A DNA stretch of 64,000 bases, from assembly GCA_031362565.1 (NCBI GenBank), contig JANLSU010000047.1:13692-77691 (forward strand). Reading direction: 5' to 3'. Origin of the DNA: a bacterium. GTDB lineage: Bacteria > Krumholzibacteriota > Krumholzibacteriia > G020349025. Each line of letters begins with the position of its first letter. Position 1 is the stretch's first letter. This document shows positions 18,478-28,701 of the stretch, piece after piece. Under the pieces are notes generated by a model. That model was not told the origin of the DNA and made no database searches. It saw only the letters and a list, made by a program, of their open reading frames with translations. A program made the position numbers and the translations under genes.

Positions 18478-21400
18478 GCCCGCCGTTTGCGGCTGTCGAG
18501 ACCGGCGACCCTGGGCGCCGCCAGATTCGCGGTTCGAGCCTGCTGCTTCTCGGCCGTGGGATTTCACTGCCGCTGAGCTTGTGCGCGCAAGTGCTCCTGG
18601 TCCGTTACCTGGCCAAGGCGGACTATGGAGCACTCGCGTACGGGCTCGCGGTGGTGACGTTCTTCGACGGCCTCGCCGGTCTCGGCCTCGAAACGGCGCT
18701 GTCGAGATTCATCCCGATCTATCACGAGCGCCGCGATTGGGGCCGGTTCTTCGGGGTGATCGCGCTCACGGTTACGGTGATCCTCGCCATGGGCGCGGTG
18801 ATCATTCTTGCCATCTGGGCGTCACCGGACTTGCCGGCGAAGTTGATACGCGAGGTCGGGAAGTCGTCGAGCGTGCTGCTCGTCATCGCGTTCTTGATTC
18901 CACTCGAAGCCCTCGACCAGGCGCTAGTGGCGCTCTTCGCCAGTCTGGCGAACCCGCGCTTCATTCTGCTGCGCCGCAGTCTCATCGCACCGGTGTTGAA
19001 GTTGGCCGTGATCCTGATCGCCATCGCCGGCGCCAAGGACGTGCGCTTCGTGGCGTTGGGCTACGTCATCAGCTCGGCGATCGGCATCGTGGTTCTGTCG
19101 CTCTTCTTCGCGCGTTATCTGCACCGCGCCGGACTGTTGCACCACTGGCGCTCCACCCGGCTCGAGATCCCGGTACGCGAGGTCCTCGGGTTCAGCATTC
19201 CACTCATGGCGACCGACATGGTCTCGACCCTGATTCCACTCACCAGCACGATGGTGCTCGGCTACTTCCACGGCAACGCTTCGGTGGCGAGTTATCGCGT
19301 CATTCTGCCCTTGACCGGCATGATTCACGTGATCATGCGGAGCTTCAACCTGCTCTACACGCCGCACGCGTCGCGGCTCTTCGCTCGCGATGACCCGGAT
19401 GGTGTCGGCGCGTTGTACTGGCACTCCGCGAGCTGGCTCGCAGTGGCGACATTTCCGTTGTTCGCCGCCATCTTTCTCTGTGCGGAGCCGCTGACCGTGC
19501 GCCTGTACGGTGAACGGTATGCGAGTTCCGCCGGCGTCCTGCAGATCCTCGCCATGGCCTACTACTTCCACGTCGCCCTGGGCATGAACGGGTTGACGCT
19601 GCGTGTCTTGGGCAAGGTGCGCGCGGTTGTGGCGACCACGGCGGCGGCACAACTCGTCGGCACCGCGGTCGCTTTCCTGCTGATTCCTGGGCGAGCGGCG
19701 ATGGGTGCGGCGATCGCCACCGCGGTCGCGATGTGCGCCGATACGCTGCTCAAGCAAGGGTTACTCATGAAGGCGAATGCCGCCGTCGGCCGGGGGGCGG
19801 GCAGGCAAGGCTTCTACGGCGCGATCGGTGCGGCCGTCGGCATCGTCCTGTTGACCCGCTGGGTGTTGCATCCGGGTCTGGTCGCGAGCGCGGGCATCGT
19901 AGTCGGTGCGTCGCTCTTCTTGCTGACCGCATTGTGGCGGCGCTTGCGCGTCTACGAATGCTTTCCGGAGCTGCTGCGCGTGCGGCGCGCGGCTTTGAAG
20001 CTCTTCTCCCGCGGCTCGGGCGGCGGCGCCGGCGATCGACCTGGCTCCGCCGGCACGCCGGCGGTTCTGCGCCGTATTCGGGTCTGGATTGCGGCTCTCG
20101 GCGCCGCGTTCATCGTGCTGACAATCGCCGGTTCGGCGTGGTCGGCACCGCTCGGGTTTCCGGGCGCGGATCGCATCCCACTGGTCATTGGTGCTCTTGT
20201 CATGGTGATCGCGGCCGCAGCGGTCGTCTGCGGGTTATTCCTGTGGCCGGACACTGCCGTGATCGCCGGCGTGTTGCTTCTCTATGCGAACATTCCCGTG
20301 ATTCTCGGCGAGCGCATCGGCAGCCCGATGGCCGTCGGCATCGCCATCGTTACCCTGATCGCGCTGGCGGCATTCGGCCGCGCTGTCGTGCATCGCGACG
20401 GACCGGCGATCGATCTGCCGTTCTTGGGGCTCATCGTGTTTCTGGGCGCGGGTTTGTTGTCGACGCTCTTCGCCCGCGATCCGGCGGTCGCCTTCGGGTG
20501 GCTCGGCACGTTCACGGTCGAAGTCGTCGCTCTGTACCTGTTGCTCTTGAACGCGGTGCGGAGTGCCCGAAGCCTGCGGCGCGTCTTCCGGGCACTGGTG
20601 TTCGGGGCGGCGGTTCTCGCCCTGCTCGGCGCCTCTCAGGAAGTGAGCGGCAACTACTCGCAGCAGTTCATGGGTCTCGCACACCGCAACTTGTCGCTCT
20701 TGAACGACGACCCCAACGCCGCGACCGGGATGGAGCGTCCGGCGGGCGGCGTGCGGCTCGCGCAACGCGGCTCGGGCCCCATCGGCGAGCCCAACCGTTG
20801 GGCGCAAACGCTGCTTTTTCTGCTGCCGCTCGGCCTGCTCGGGATCCGCCACGAACCTTCCGCCGGCCGGAAAGTGACGCTGGCAGCGGCCTCCACGTTG
20901 ATCGCCGGCGGCGTGTTTCTGACCTACTCGCGCGGCGCGCTCGTTACGATCGCTGGACTCGCGGCCGGGTTGGCCGTCCTGCGGGTCGTGCGCGTACGCG
21001 TCCTGTTGGCGGGCGGCATCGGCATCGCGGTGGCGGCGGCATGCATGGCACCGAACACCGTCGCGCGGCTCGGCACCTTCGGCGGGATCGAGAGTCTGTT
21101 CGGGCATCAGAAGAGTGCGAAGCCAGCCGATAACGCCATCCGCGGGCGCATGACCGAAATGCTGGCGGCCGGTCTCGTGGCGCTCGATCATCCGCTCGTC
21201 GGCGTCGGGCCCGGCCATTTCACGCCATATTATTCACTCGAGTACATGGCGACTCCCGGCATCGCGTTTCGCGACATCGACAAGACGCGCCGCGCCCACT
21301 CGTTGTACCTCGAGATGGCGGCGGAAACCGGCATCATCGGTCTCGCGGCATTTCTCGCCGTGCCGGTCCTGCTGGCAGTACGCCTTTGGAAGTGGCACCG

Positions 21401-21692
21401 CCGGTTGCGTGTCAGCCGCCCCGACCTGGCCGACCTCGCAGCCGGATGCCTGTTGGCATTGATGGCGTATCTCGGCACCGGCGTGTTCTTGCACCTGTCG
21501 TATCAGCGGTACTACGGCCTGCTGCTGGGACTGTGCGGCTGTTGTGTGGCGGTTTTGGACGTGGAGACGAAGGCACTCGGCGGGGGCGTGGAAGAGGGCC
21601 GCATCGTGCGTGGCGTCTTTATGCCGGCACCACGACCACTCGATCTCGAGCCACTCGAGGCGCCGGGCGCCAACCGCCTGGCCCATCTCTAG
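18474..21692 (+). CDS. Fusion of Wzx-type flippase and O-antigen ligase/Wzy polymerase family domain
   Basis: N-half: polytopic flippase (LLVRYLAKADYG, VLGFSIPL, LYGERY). Gly-rich linker. C-half: GPIGEPN, LTYSRGA, HPLVGVGPG, RAHSLYLEMAAETGIIG. ATGA-coupled start at 18474. Confidence 0.85.
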   Translation: MSPPFAAVETGDPGRRQIRGSSLLLLGRGISLPLSLCAQVLLVRYLAKADYGALAYGLAVVTFFDGLAGLGLETALSRFIPIYHERRDWGRFFGVIALTVTVILAMGAVIILAIWASPDLPAKLIREVGKSSSVLLVIAFLIPLEALDQALVALFASLANPRFILLRRSLIAPVLKLAVILIAIAGAKDVRFVALGYVISSAIGIVVLSLFFARYLHRAGLLHHWRSTRLEIPVREVLGFSIPLMATDMVSTLIPLTSTMVLGYFHGNASVASYRVILPLTGMIHVIMRSFNLLYTPHASRLFARDDPDGVGALYWHSASWLAVATFPLFAAIFLCAEPLTVRLYGERYASSAGVLQILAMAYYFHVALGMNGLTLRVLGKVRAVVATTAAAQLVGTAVAFLLIPGRAAMGAAIATAVAMCADTLLKQGLLMKANAAVGRGAGRQGFYGAIGAAVGIVLLTRWVLHPGLVASAGIVVGASLFLLTALWRRLRVYECFPELLRVRRAALKLFSRGSGGGAGDRPGSAGTPAVLRRIRVWIAALGAAFIVLTIAGSAWSAPLGFPGADRIPLVIGALVMVIAAAAVVCGLFLWPDTAVIAGVLLLYANIPVILGERIGSPMAVGIAIVTLIALAAFGRAVVHRDGPAIDLPFLGLIVFLGAGLLSTLFARDPAVAFGWLGTFTVEVVALYLLLLNAVRSARSLRRVFRALVFGAAVLALLGASQEVSGNYSQQFMGLAHRNLSLLNDDPNAATGMERPAGGVRLAQRGSGPIGEPNRWAQTLLFLLPLGLLGIRHEPSAGRKVTLAAASTLIAGGVFLTYSRGALVTIAGLAAGLAVLRVVRVRVLLAGGIGIAVAAACMAPNTVARLGTFGGIESLFGHQKSAKPADNAIRGRMTEMLAAGLVALDHPLVGVGPGHFTPYYSLEYMATPGIAFRDIDKTRRAHSLYLEMAAETGIIGLAAFLAVPVLLAVRLWKWHRRLRVSRPDLADLAAGCLLALMAYLGTGVFLHLSYQRYYGLLLGLCGCCVAVLDVETKALGGGVEEGRIVRGVFMPAPRPLDLEPLEAPGANRLAHL

Positions 21693-21700
21693 GGAAGTTC

Positions 21701-22642
21701 ATGCTGCGCATTCTCACCTATCACCGCGTCGACGTCCGGAAGGACGACGAGACCTTGTCGCCGCGCATGGTGAGTGCCGAGCCGCAAGTCTTCGAGGCGC
21801 AAATGCGCTGGGTCGCGCAGCACTACGAAACGGTGTCTCTCGCCGACGTGTTGCAGGCCGTGCACGGTGCCCGCCGGCTCCCGAATCGTGCGGTGCTCGT
21901 GACGTTCGACGATGCGTACCGCGATTTTCGCACCCACGCGTGGCCGATTCTCGCGGCCCGCAGAATCCCGGTGGTGCTCTTCGTACCCACGGCATTCCCT
22001 GGCCGACGCAACTTCCATTTCTGGTGGGACCGGCTCTTCCGTGCCTTCCAGGGAACCACCGCCCCGATGCTCGCCCACACGCCGCTTGGCGGCCTGCCGA
22101 CGGATACGCCCAGCCATCGCGCCCAATCGCAACGGCGGCTCGAAACGTATCTAAAGTCGATTTCACACGACGCCGCAATGCGCTGGGTCGAGCACGTGTG
22201 TTCCGAAGCGGGGGTCGTCGATCCGGGCGACAACGGCGTGCTCACCTGGGACGAACTGCGGGATCTCCACACCGCCGGGGTCACGATGGCGTCGCATTCA
22301 CACGAGCATCCAGTGCTGACGCGCGTGCCGCCGGACCGGGTCCGCGAGGAATTGCTCCGGTCGCGCGGCGCTCTGCTCCGGGAACTGGGGGAGTGCCCGC
22401 CCGTGTTGAGCTATCCCGCCGGTGCGCATGACGCACATGTGGCGGCACAGTTGCAAGAGACCGGCTACGAACTGGGGCTGACGCAGCGCGACGGCCACAA
22501 CGACCTGCAATCGCACGACCTCTTGGCTCTATGTCGAACCAATCTCACGCGCAAGACGACGCCACTGATTCTCGAACTCCGCCTGCAGCCGTGGACCCAG
22601 CGGATCGAGCGCTTGCGCCATCACGCGCACGCGAGTTCATGA
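21701..22642 (+). CDS. Polysaccharide deacetylase (CE4/NodB-like), no signal peptide
   Basis: ILTYHRV, VTFDDAY, SHSHEH and LSYPAG motifs. Confidence 0.9.
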   Translation: MLRILTYHRVDVRKDDETLSPRMVSAEPQVFEAQMRWVAQHYETVSLADVLQAVHGARRLPNRAVLVTFDDAYRDFRTHAWPILAARRIPVVLFVPTAFPGRRNFHFWWDRLFRAFQGTTAPMLAHTPLGGLPTDTPSHRAQSQRRLETYLKSISHDAAMRWVEHVCSEAGVVDPGDNGVLTWDELRDLHTAGVTMASHSHEHPVLTRVPPDRVREELLRSRGALLRELGECPPVLSYPAGAHDAHVAAQLQETGYELGLTQRDGHNDLQSHDLLALCRTNLTRKTTPLILELRLQPWTQRIERLRHHAHASS

Positions 22643-23982
22643 GCCATGCGACTGGAGCCGTCATGATGAATCCACAACGTGCAACCGCCGCCGGAAACGG
22701 TGCGTCCGCTGCGCCACGGCCGCTGCGTGTCGCTTACATCGTGTCGCGCTTTCCAAAAGTGACCGAAACGTTCGTGCTGTTCGAGATGCAAGCCATGGAA
22801 CGCCTCGGGGTGCAGGTCGAGTTCTTCCCGTTGCTGCGCGAGCGCGAGACGGTCATGCATCCGGAAGCCGCGCGCTGGATGCAACGGGCCCACTATATGC
22901 CGTTTGTTTCGCTGCCCATTCTGTGGGCGCAATTGTGGTTCCTGGCGCGGTCACCGCGCCGCTACATGGGAATGTGGCTCGAGGTTCTGCGCCGCACCTT
23001 CGGCAGTGCGAATTTCTTCGTCGGAGCTCTCGGGACCGTTCCGAAGTCGGTCCGTTTCGCGTATGAGATGCGGCGCCTCGGCATCGAGCATGTGCACGCG
23101 CACTTCGCCAGCCACCCCACCGTCGCGGCATTCGTGATCCGCCGCTTGACGGGCATTCCTTACAGCTTCACGGCGCACGGCGCGGATCTGCATGTCGATC
23201 GACACATGTTGCGTGAAAAAATGCGCGAGGCGGCATTTTCGGTGCCGATCTCGGAATACAACCGGCGGCTCATGCTGGCGGCGTGCGATGAAGATCTCGC
23301 CGACCGGACGCATATCGTGCATTGCGGTGTCGACGTCGGCGTCTTCTTGCCGCGCGCCGCGGACCGTGCTCCGGCACCGCGGTTCCAGATGCTCTGCGTG
23401 GCGCGGTTCGAGACCGCCAAGGGGCACCGCTATCTCATCGAGGCCTGCCGGATTCTGGCGGCCGGCGGCTGGGATTTCGACTGCCACCTCATTGGTGACG
23501 GCCCCCGGCGGCAGGACATCGCGGCGCAGGTGGCGACAGCTGATCTAGGCGCCCGGCTGCATCTGCACGGCGCGCGGACCCGCGCCGAAGTGGTGCAGTG
23601 GATGGCCAAGGCGGATGTCGTCGTATTGCCGAGCACACCGATGCCTTCCGGCCGGCGCGAGGGAATTCCCGTCGTCCTCATGGAGGCCATGGCGAGCGAA
23701 CTGCCCGTCGTCTCGACTGCGACATCGGGGATTCCGGAACTCGTCGAGGACGGAGTGTCCGGCCTGCTCGTTGCGCCTGAAGATCCGATTGCGTTGGCTG
23801 CGGCGCTTGAACGCCTCATGGCGAGCCCGGATCTGCGGCAAGCGTTCGGCCGGGCGGGGCGCGCCCGGGTGGCGCGGGATTTCGATCTGTACCGTAACGC
23901 CGCCGAACTTGCGGCGCTGTTTACCTCACGCGGAACAAAGCCCACGCCGGCGGATGCGAATGCGTTGGGCGTGCCAGTCTAG
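22639..23982 (+). CDS. Family 4 glycosyltransferase (WcaL-like)
   Basis: RFPKVTETF, HVHAHF, SFTAHG and EGIPVVLMEAMA motifs; start could be 22663. Confidence 0.92.
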   Translation: MSHATGAVMMNPQRATAAGNGASAAPRPLRVAYIVSRFPKVTETFVLFEMQAMERLGVQVEFFPLLRERETVMHPEAARWMQRAHYMPFVSLPILWAQLWFLARSPRRYMGMWLEVLRRTFGSANFFVGALGTVPKSVRFAYEMRRLGIEHVHAHFASHPTVAAFVIRRLTGIPYSFTAHGADLHVDRHMLREKMREAAFSVPISEYNRRLMLAACDEDLADRTHIVHCGVDVGVFLPRAADRAPAPRFQMLCVARFETAKGHRYLIEACRILAAGGWDFDCHLIGDGPRRQDIAAQVATADLGARLHLHGARTRAEVVQWMAKADVVVLPSTPMPSGRREGIPVVLMEAMASELPVVSTATSGIPELVEDGVSGLLVAPEDPIALAAALERLMASPDLRQAFGRAGRARVARDFDLYRNAAELAALFTSRGTKPTPADANALGVPV

Positions 23983-23994
23983 AAATCGGGCGAG

Positions 23995-25059
23995 GTGACT
24001 CCGTTGAACCGAAGAAGTCTGCGGCGGATGGCATGCCTCGGATGCACCGTCGTTGGAATTGGCATCGGACCCGCGCCGGCTTCGGCAATCGCGCCGCTGG
24101 CGGCACATTCCGGCATCTGGATCAGCCGTGAGGAAATCGCCGCGTTGCCCATGTCCGGCCCTGCCTGGGAGTACCTGCAGCGTGACGCCCACCAAAAGAT
24201 CCCGCCGCCGGACCTGTCGAACCAGAACGATCGCACCAACGTCATCGTCGTCGCCAAAGCTTTCGTCTTCGCCCGTACCGGCGACGAGTCGTATCGCAGC
24301 GAAGTGCGGCAGGCGATCCGTGCGGCGATGGGCACCGAGCGCGGCGGCCGGACGTTGTCGCTGGCGCGTCAGCTCGGCTCGTACGTCATTGCGGCTGAAT
24401 TGATCGGCCTGCCGCCCGACGAAGACGACATTTTCCGCACCTGGTTGCGCTCGACTCTCGATTTCGATCTCGAAGGGCGCACGCTCCGCACGACGCACGA
24501 ACTGCGGCCGAACAATTGGGGCACCCATGCCGGAGCGAGCCGGCTCGCCGCCGCGCTGTACGTGGGCTGGACGCCGGAAGTCGAACGCTGTGCACAGGTG
24601 TTCCGCGGCTGGCTCGGCGAGCGTGCGTCGTACGCCGGATTCGAGTTCGGCGACCTGTCGTGGCAATCGGATCCGGCGCATCCGGTCGGCATCAACCCGC
24701 TCGGTGCGACCCGTGACGGGTATTTGATCGATGGCGTGCTGCCGGACGACCAACGGCGGGCGAGTCCGTTCACGTGGCCGCCACCGCACGAGAACTATGT
24801 CTACGAAGCGCTGCAAGGCGCTGTCGCGCAGGCCGTAATGTTGGAGCGCGCCGGTTACCCGGTCTGGGCTTGGAGTGATCGCGCCCTGCTGCGAGCTTTC
24901 CTGTGGCTGCAGAGTAGGGCGAACTATCCGGCCACCGGCGACGATACGTGGCTCCTACCAATTGTCGATCGTGCCTACGGTACGCAGTTCTGGGACGGCG
25001 GTCCGACGCATCCCGGAAAAAGCATCGGCTGGACGGATTGGACGCATGCACGACGTTGA
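23995..25059 (+). CDS. Secreted alginate-lyase-like protein
   Basis: Signal peptide; NNWGTH motif resembling the NNH site of alginate lyase family proteins; helical composition. Confidence 0.6.
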   Translation: MTPLNRRSLRRMACLGCTVVGIGIGPAPASAIAPLAAHSGIWISREEIAALPMSGPAWEYLQRDAHQKIPPPDLSNQNDRTNVIVVAKAFVFARTGDESYRSEVRQAIRAAMGTERGGRTLSLARQLGSYVIAAELIGLPPDEDDIFRTWLRSTLDFDLEGRTLRTTHELRPNNWGTHAGASRLAAALYVGWTPEVERCAQVFRGWLGERASYAGFEFGDLSWQSDPAHPVGINPLGATRDGYLIDGVLPDDQRRASPFTWPPPHENYVYEALQGAVAQAVMLERAGYPVWAWSDRALLRAFLWLQSRANYPATGDDTWLLPIVDRAYGTQFWDGGPTHPGKSIGWTDWTHARR

Positions 25060-25097
25060 ACCGTCCGGCGCGTAGTTCGCAACAAAGGAGAAGAAAG

Positions 25098-25646
25098 ATG
25101 TCATTCATTCGAACGAGTGCAGCTTGGAAATTCACACTGGCGGCGGTGTTGTGTACCGGTCTGCTGCCCCAAATAGCCGCGGCACACACCTGGGACGTCG
25201 CGGCAAAGATCGGTGTCGGCATCCCGGTCGGCAGCCTGAGCGACGGTTATGACCCGGGACTCGGGTTGTCGCTTGCCACGACACGCTGGTTTGGACCGCG
25301 GGTCGGACTCCGCTTCGGAGGCGCCGGCAACTTGTTGGGCGGCACGACCAACGGTATTCCCGATGTCACGTTCTGGCACTACGACGTCGGACCGGAGTTC
25401 GATCTCCTTCCCCCAGCCAACAAATTGATGCTGCATGGCAATGTCGGGCTGGGCGGTACGACGGAGCAGGCCAGTGGCGGCAACAGTGCCACCGACTTTA
25501 CGCTGAACTTCGGTTTGAACCTCGAGTACCCGCTCAACGAATACTTCCATCTGATGGGCGGTCCGGCGCTGTACATGGTTTTCGCCGATAAGACCCAATA
25601 CATCATGCCAATCACCGTGGGCTTCCGCTATCTCTTCGCGGACTAA
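25098..25646 (+). CDS. Outer-membrane beta-barrel protein
   Basis: AGGAG RBS, signal peptide, about 8 amphipathic strands, terminal VGFRYLF. Confidence 0.8.
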   Translation: MSFIRTSAAWKFTLAAVLCTGLLPQIAAAHTWDVAAKIGVGIPVGSLSDGYDPGLGLSLATTRWFGPRVGLRFGGAGNLLGGTTNGIPDVTFWHYDVGPEFDLLPPANKLMLHGNVGLGGTTEQASGGNSATDFTLNFGLNLEYPLNEYFHLMGGPALYMVFADKTQYIMPITVGFRYLFAD

Positions 25647-25652
25647 TCAGAA

Positions 25653-25694
25653 GGCGGCCGCAAAGCCCGGGCGATCCCGGGCGATGCGGCCGCC
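25653..25694. terminator. GC-rich hairpin between convergent genes
   Basis: GGCGGCCGC..GCCCGGG-CGAT-CCCGGGC..GCGGCCGCC, followed by a T-run on the minus strand. Confidence 0.6.
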
Positions 25695-25707
25695 AAAACG
25701 AAACCAC

Positions 25708-26493
25708 TCAGCGTTGCCGGTACGCGACCTGGGCTTCGGGCATCCACTTCTCGAGATCTTGAACCCGCTTTTCGTCCGACGGGTGGTCACTCAAGAATGC
25801 CGGCGGCGCTCCGCCCTTGGATGACGCGATCATGCGCCGCCAGAAGGCCGGCGCCGCTTGCGGGTCGTATCCGGCCTTCGCCATGAGCACGAGACCGATG
25901 TGATCGGCTTCACTCTCCTGGGAGCGGCTAAACGGCAGGACCACACCGACCGCCGTTCCGACGCCGAAGGCCGTCATGACCACTTGCTGCATCACCGGAC
26001 TTTTTGTCTGCAGCAATTGCTGCAGTCCCGCGCCGCCGAGCTGCAATGCCAGATCGTCGGTCATGCGTTCGGAGCCATGGCGGGCGACGGCGTGACCGAT
26101 CTCGTGCGCCAGCACGACCGCGAGCCCGCTCTCATCTTGGGTGACCGGCAGAATACCGCTGTAAACCGCGACCTTGCCACCCGGCAGACAGAACGCGTTG
26201 ACCGTCTTGGGATCGTCGAGCAACACGAACTCCCATTCGAAGCTCGGAGCATCCGAGACAGCGGCGATGCGCTTGCCCACTCGCAGAACTTGGTCGTACT
26301 GCGCACCACTGGTGATCAGTTTCGAGTCCTTCTTGACCTTGGCGTACGCCTCCAGCCCGAGGGCATTCGCCTGGCTGTCCGGCACTAAATTGAAGGAATG
26401 GCGTCCGGTCACGGGGACCGTGCTGCATCCCGTACCGATCGATGTGACCAACGCCAACCCCAACAGACCGCTGCAAACTCGTGTCGCCTTCAT
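25708..26493 (-). CDS. M48 family zinc metallopeptidase lipoprotein
   Basis: GTGC lipobox-like; NAFCLPGG, HEIGH, ESEAD and LSDHP motifs. Confidence 0.93.
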   Translation of the reverse strand: MKATRVCSGLLGLALVTSIGTGCSTVPVTGRHSFNLVPDSQANALGLEAYAKVKKDSKLITSGAQYDQVLRVGKRIAAVSDAPSFEWEFVLLDDPKTVNAFCLPGGKVAVYSGILPVTQDESGLAVVLAHEIGHAVARHGSERMTDDLALQLGGAGLQQLLQTKSPVMQQVVMTAFGVGTAVGVVLPFSRSQESEADHIGLVLMAKAGYDPQAAPAFWRRMIASSKGGAPPAFLSDHPSDEKRVQDLEKWMPEAQVAYRQR

Positions 26494-26692
26494 GATTCTT
26501 TCCTTTGGCAAGTCCCTCAGGCTCGGCCGCCGAAGCGCCGCGCACGTGATCCGCGCCCATCATGCCAGACCGCCGCTGACGCGCCGATGAACGCAGAATG
26601 ACAATCGAGTCATTGCGCCTGGAATCGGATCTTGACCAAGGACTGCTGCGGGTGTTCAATTGTATGAGCCCGATCCGCGTGTGGGGGACACC

Positions 26693-27415
26693 GTGAAAAA
26701 TCACGCCATTGCGGCGATCATTGCGCTCTGCCTCGCGCTCCCGGCATGGGCCGCGGACGGTAACATCGGTCTTTACTTCGATGCCAACTTGGGCTCCTGC
26801 CAGATGAACATCCCGTGCCATTGCCTGGGACGTCTTTACGTCTACGGTCGCTTGGAGGGAGCGAGCGCCGGCGGCATTACCGGCGCCGAGTACAAGATCG
26901 CGGTCGGACCCAACTCGAATGCCGATCCGGGCTGGCTCTTTTCGGAAACGTTCGATCCCGGCGCGACGGTGATCGGCGCCGGTGCCCTCAACGCCGCAGA
27001 CCCGTTGGGGCGTGGCGTCGATGTGGCCTGGCCCGCCTGCCAAACCGGTGGTGGGATCGGAGTCGCGGTCCTGATCGAGACCGTCGAGATTTTCAACCTG
27101 GACTGCCCCTCCGGGGACATGCGTCTCCAGGTCGTCAAGCACGACGCGCCTTCGAACCCGTTCTTCCAGTGCCCGCTGGTCGTTCTGTGCGACGCGCCGG
27201 TCTTTACGAAGGTGTGCGTCGGCTCGAATCTGACCGTCTGCCGCAACCCCGAACCGCCGTTTCCGAACAATGCAACGTGCTCGACGAGCGGCGAGGGTTG
27301 GATCAACCGTGAGCACCCACTCTGCTGTACGCATTGTCTACCGGTGTTCGCCAACTGCACGATCGCAGTCCAGAGCAAGGCGTGGTCAGCGGTGAAGTCG
27401 CTCTACCGCGACTGA
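26693..27415 (+). CDS. Secreted cysteine-rich hypothetical protein with a C-terminal VQSKAWSAVKSLYRD tail
   Basis: Signal peptide ending AWA; IGLYFD; many Cys. Confidence 0.75.
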   Translation: MKNHAIAAIIALCLALPAWAADGNIGLYFDANLGSCQMNIPCHCLGRLYVYGRLEGASAGGITGAEYKIAVGPNSNADPGWLFSETFDPGATVIGAGALNAADPLGRGVDVAWPACQTGGGIGVAVLIETVEIFNLDCPSGDMRLQVVKHDAPSNPFFQCPLVVLCDAPVFTKVCVGSNLTVCRNPEPPFPNNATCSTSGEGWINREHPLCCTHCLPVFANCTIAVQSKAWSAVKSLYRD

Positions 27416-27443
27416 CGCACAGGGTCGCGGTCCCCGGCCTCGC

Positions 27444-28647
27444 TCACAGCTCCGAGAACACCCGGTACACGACTTGGTTGATCGCCGGCATCGTGATGGG
27501 CGCGGCGATGCGCACCCAGATCATCACATACACTTGCCGCCCCTCGATCGTCAGCGCGACGATGCGCGGCGAGTGATCCGCAGTGCCAAGCGTGGACGTG
27601 AGAAGGCGCGCCTGGCTCGGGTAGGTCGCGCGGTCCGCAACCGGCATCTGGACGATGTCCTCGGTGGGATCGCCGAAGTGCGTCGAGCTCCAGGCGATCC
27701 GCGCGGCTCCCAGGTGATCGAAAAACAACGACGCAGCGAGGTCATTCTGATCATCGGCGAGGTCGGTGGTCACGGGCGTCACGTTCACGCCGTGGCGTCA
27801 TTCGATTCGCAGTAGACGAGATCGGCCGACAGATCCAACACATCGTTGGAGGGTTCGAGCTTCCAGCGCTCGAGCACCCCGCCGAACGATCCATTCGCCA
27901 GTTTGATGATCCACGGCAGGCCCGACTGCTGGTGCCGGTGTCAAGCGACGGGACCGCGGTGGGCGCCTGCCAGGTGCGGCCGCTGTCCGCCGAAGCGGAA
28001 ACGAACATGTCGTTCTTGCCGAAGGTGCCGCGGGTGTGCGACCCGAAATAGATCCGCAGATCGTTGTCGGCGACGCTGACGATGTTCGGGAAGCGATCGA
28101 AATGCGGTCCCGTGGTGACGTTTCTCTCGATCGCCGCCGTCCACCCTGGCGCCGTGCCGTCGCTCTTCATGTACAGGATGTGCGATTGATTGCTCAGATC
28201 CCAACGATGCCACGCAACGTGCTGGATGCCGGCGTGATCAATGAACAGCGACGGGAAGTTGTCACCTTGCGTGGGCGGTGGAAAGTCGACGGGAGAATTG
28301 TGGGTGATTTGGATTGGCGCCGACCAGGTGATGATGCCCGAAACAAGGTCCACTCCGAGCGAATGAACGGCATAGAGGTCCTTGGTGCCGTCGCGGTCTG
28401 AAAACCAGACCACGTAGATGTTGCCGGCCGCGTCCAGTGCGACGGTGGGATCATCGTCCTGGCCCGCGAGATTCCCGGTGGCGAGCAGCGTCACGGGGCC
28501 GTTGACTGGTGGAGCGGGACTCATGGGCTGCGCATTCTTCGTGCCGCAGCCGCTGCCGGCGAGGCCCATCGCCACAATCAGCAGCTCCCGCCAGCCGCGG
28601 CCGGCGCGTCGCAGGTCCTCTCCGTGTTGCATTGCCGGCATGCGCAC
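27444..28647 (-). pseudogene. BNR/Asp-box (sialidase-like) lipoprotein broken by two frame disruptions
   Basis: LAGSGC lipobox-like and SADSGRTW Asp-box. The plausible sequence shifts frame near 27933 (QQSGLPWIIKL...CESNDATA*) and again near 27787 (NVTPVTTD...FSEL). Confidence 0.65.
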
Positions 28648-28701
28648 CAGACAGGTTCCTTTTTGAAGGCAAAACCGCCGCGCGATACGGCCGCGCGGAG
28701 T

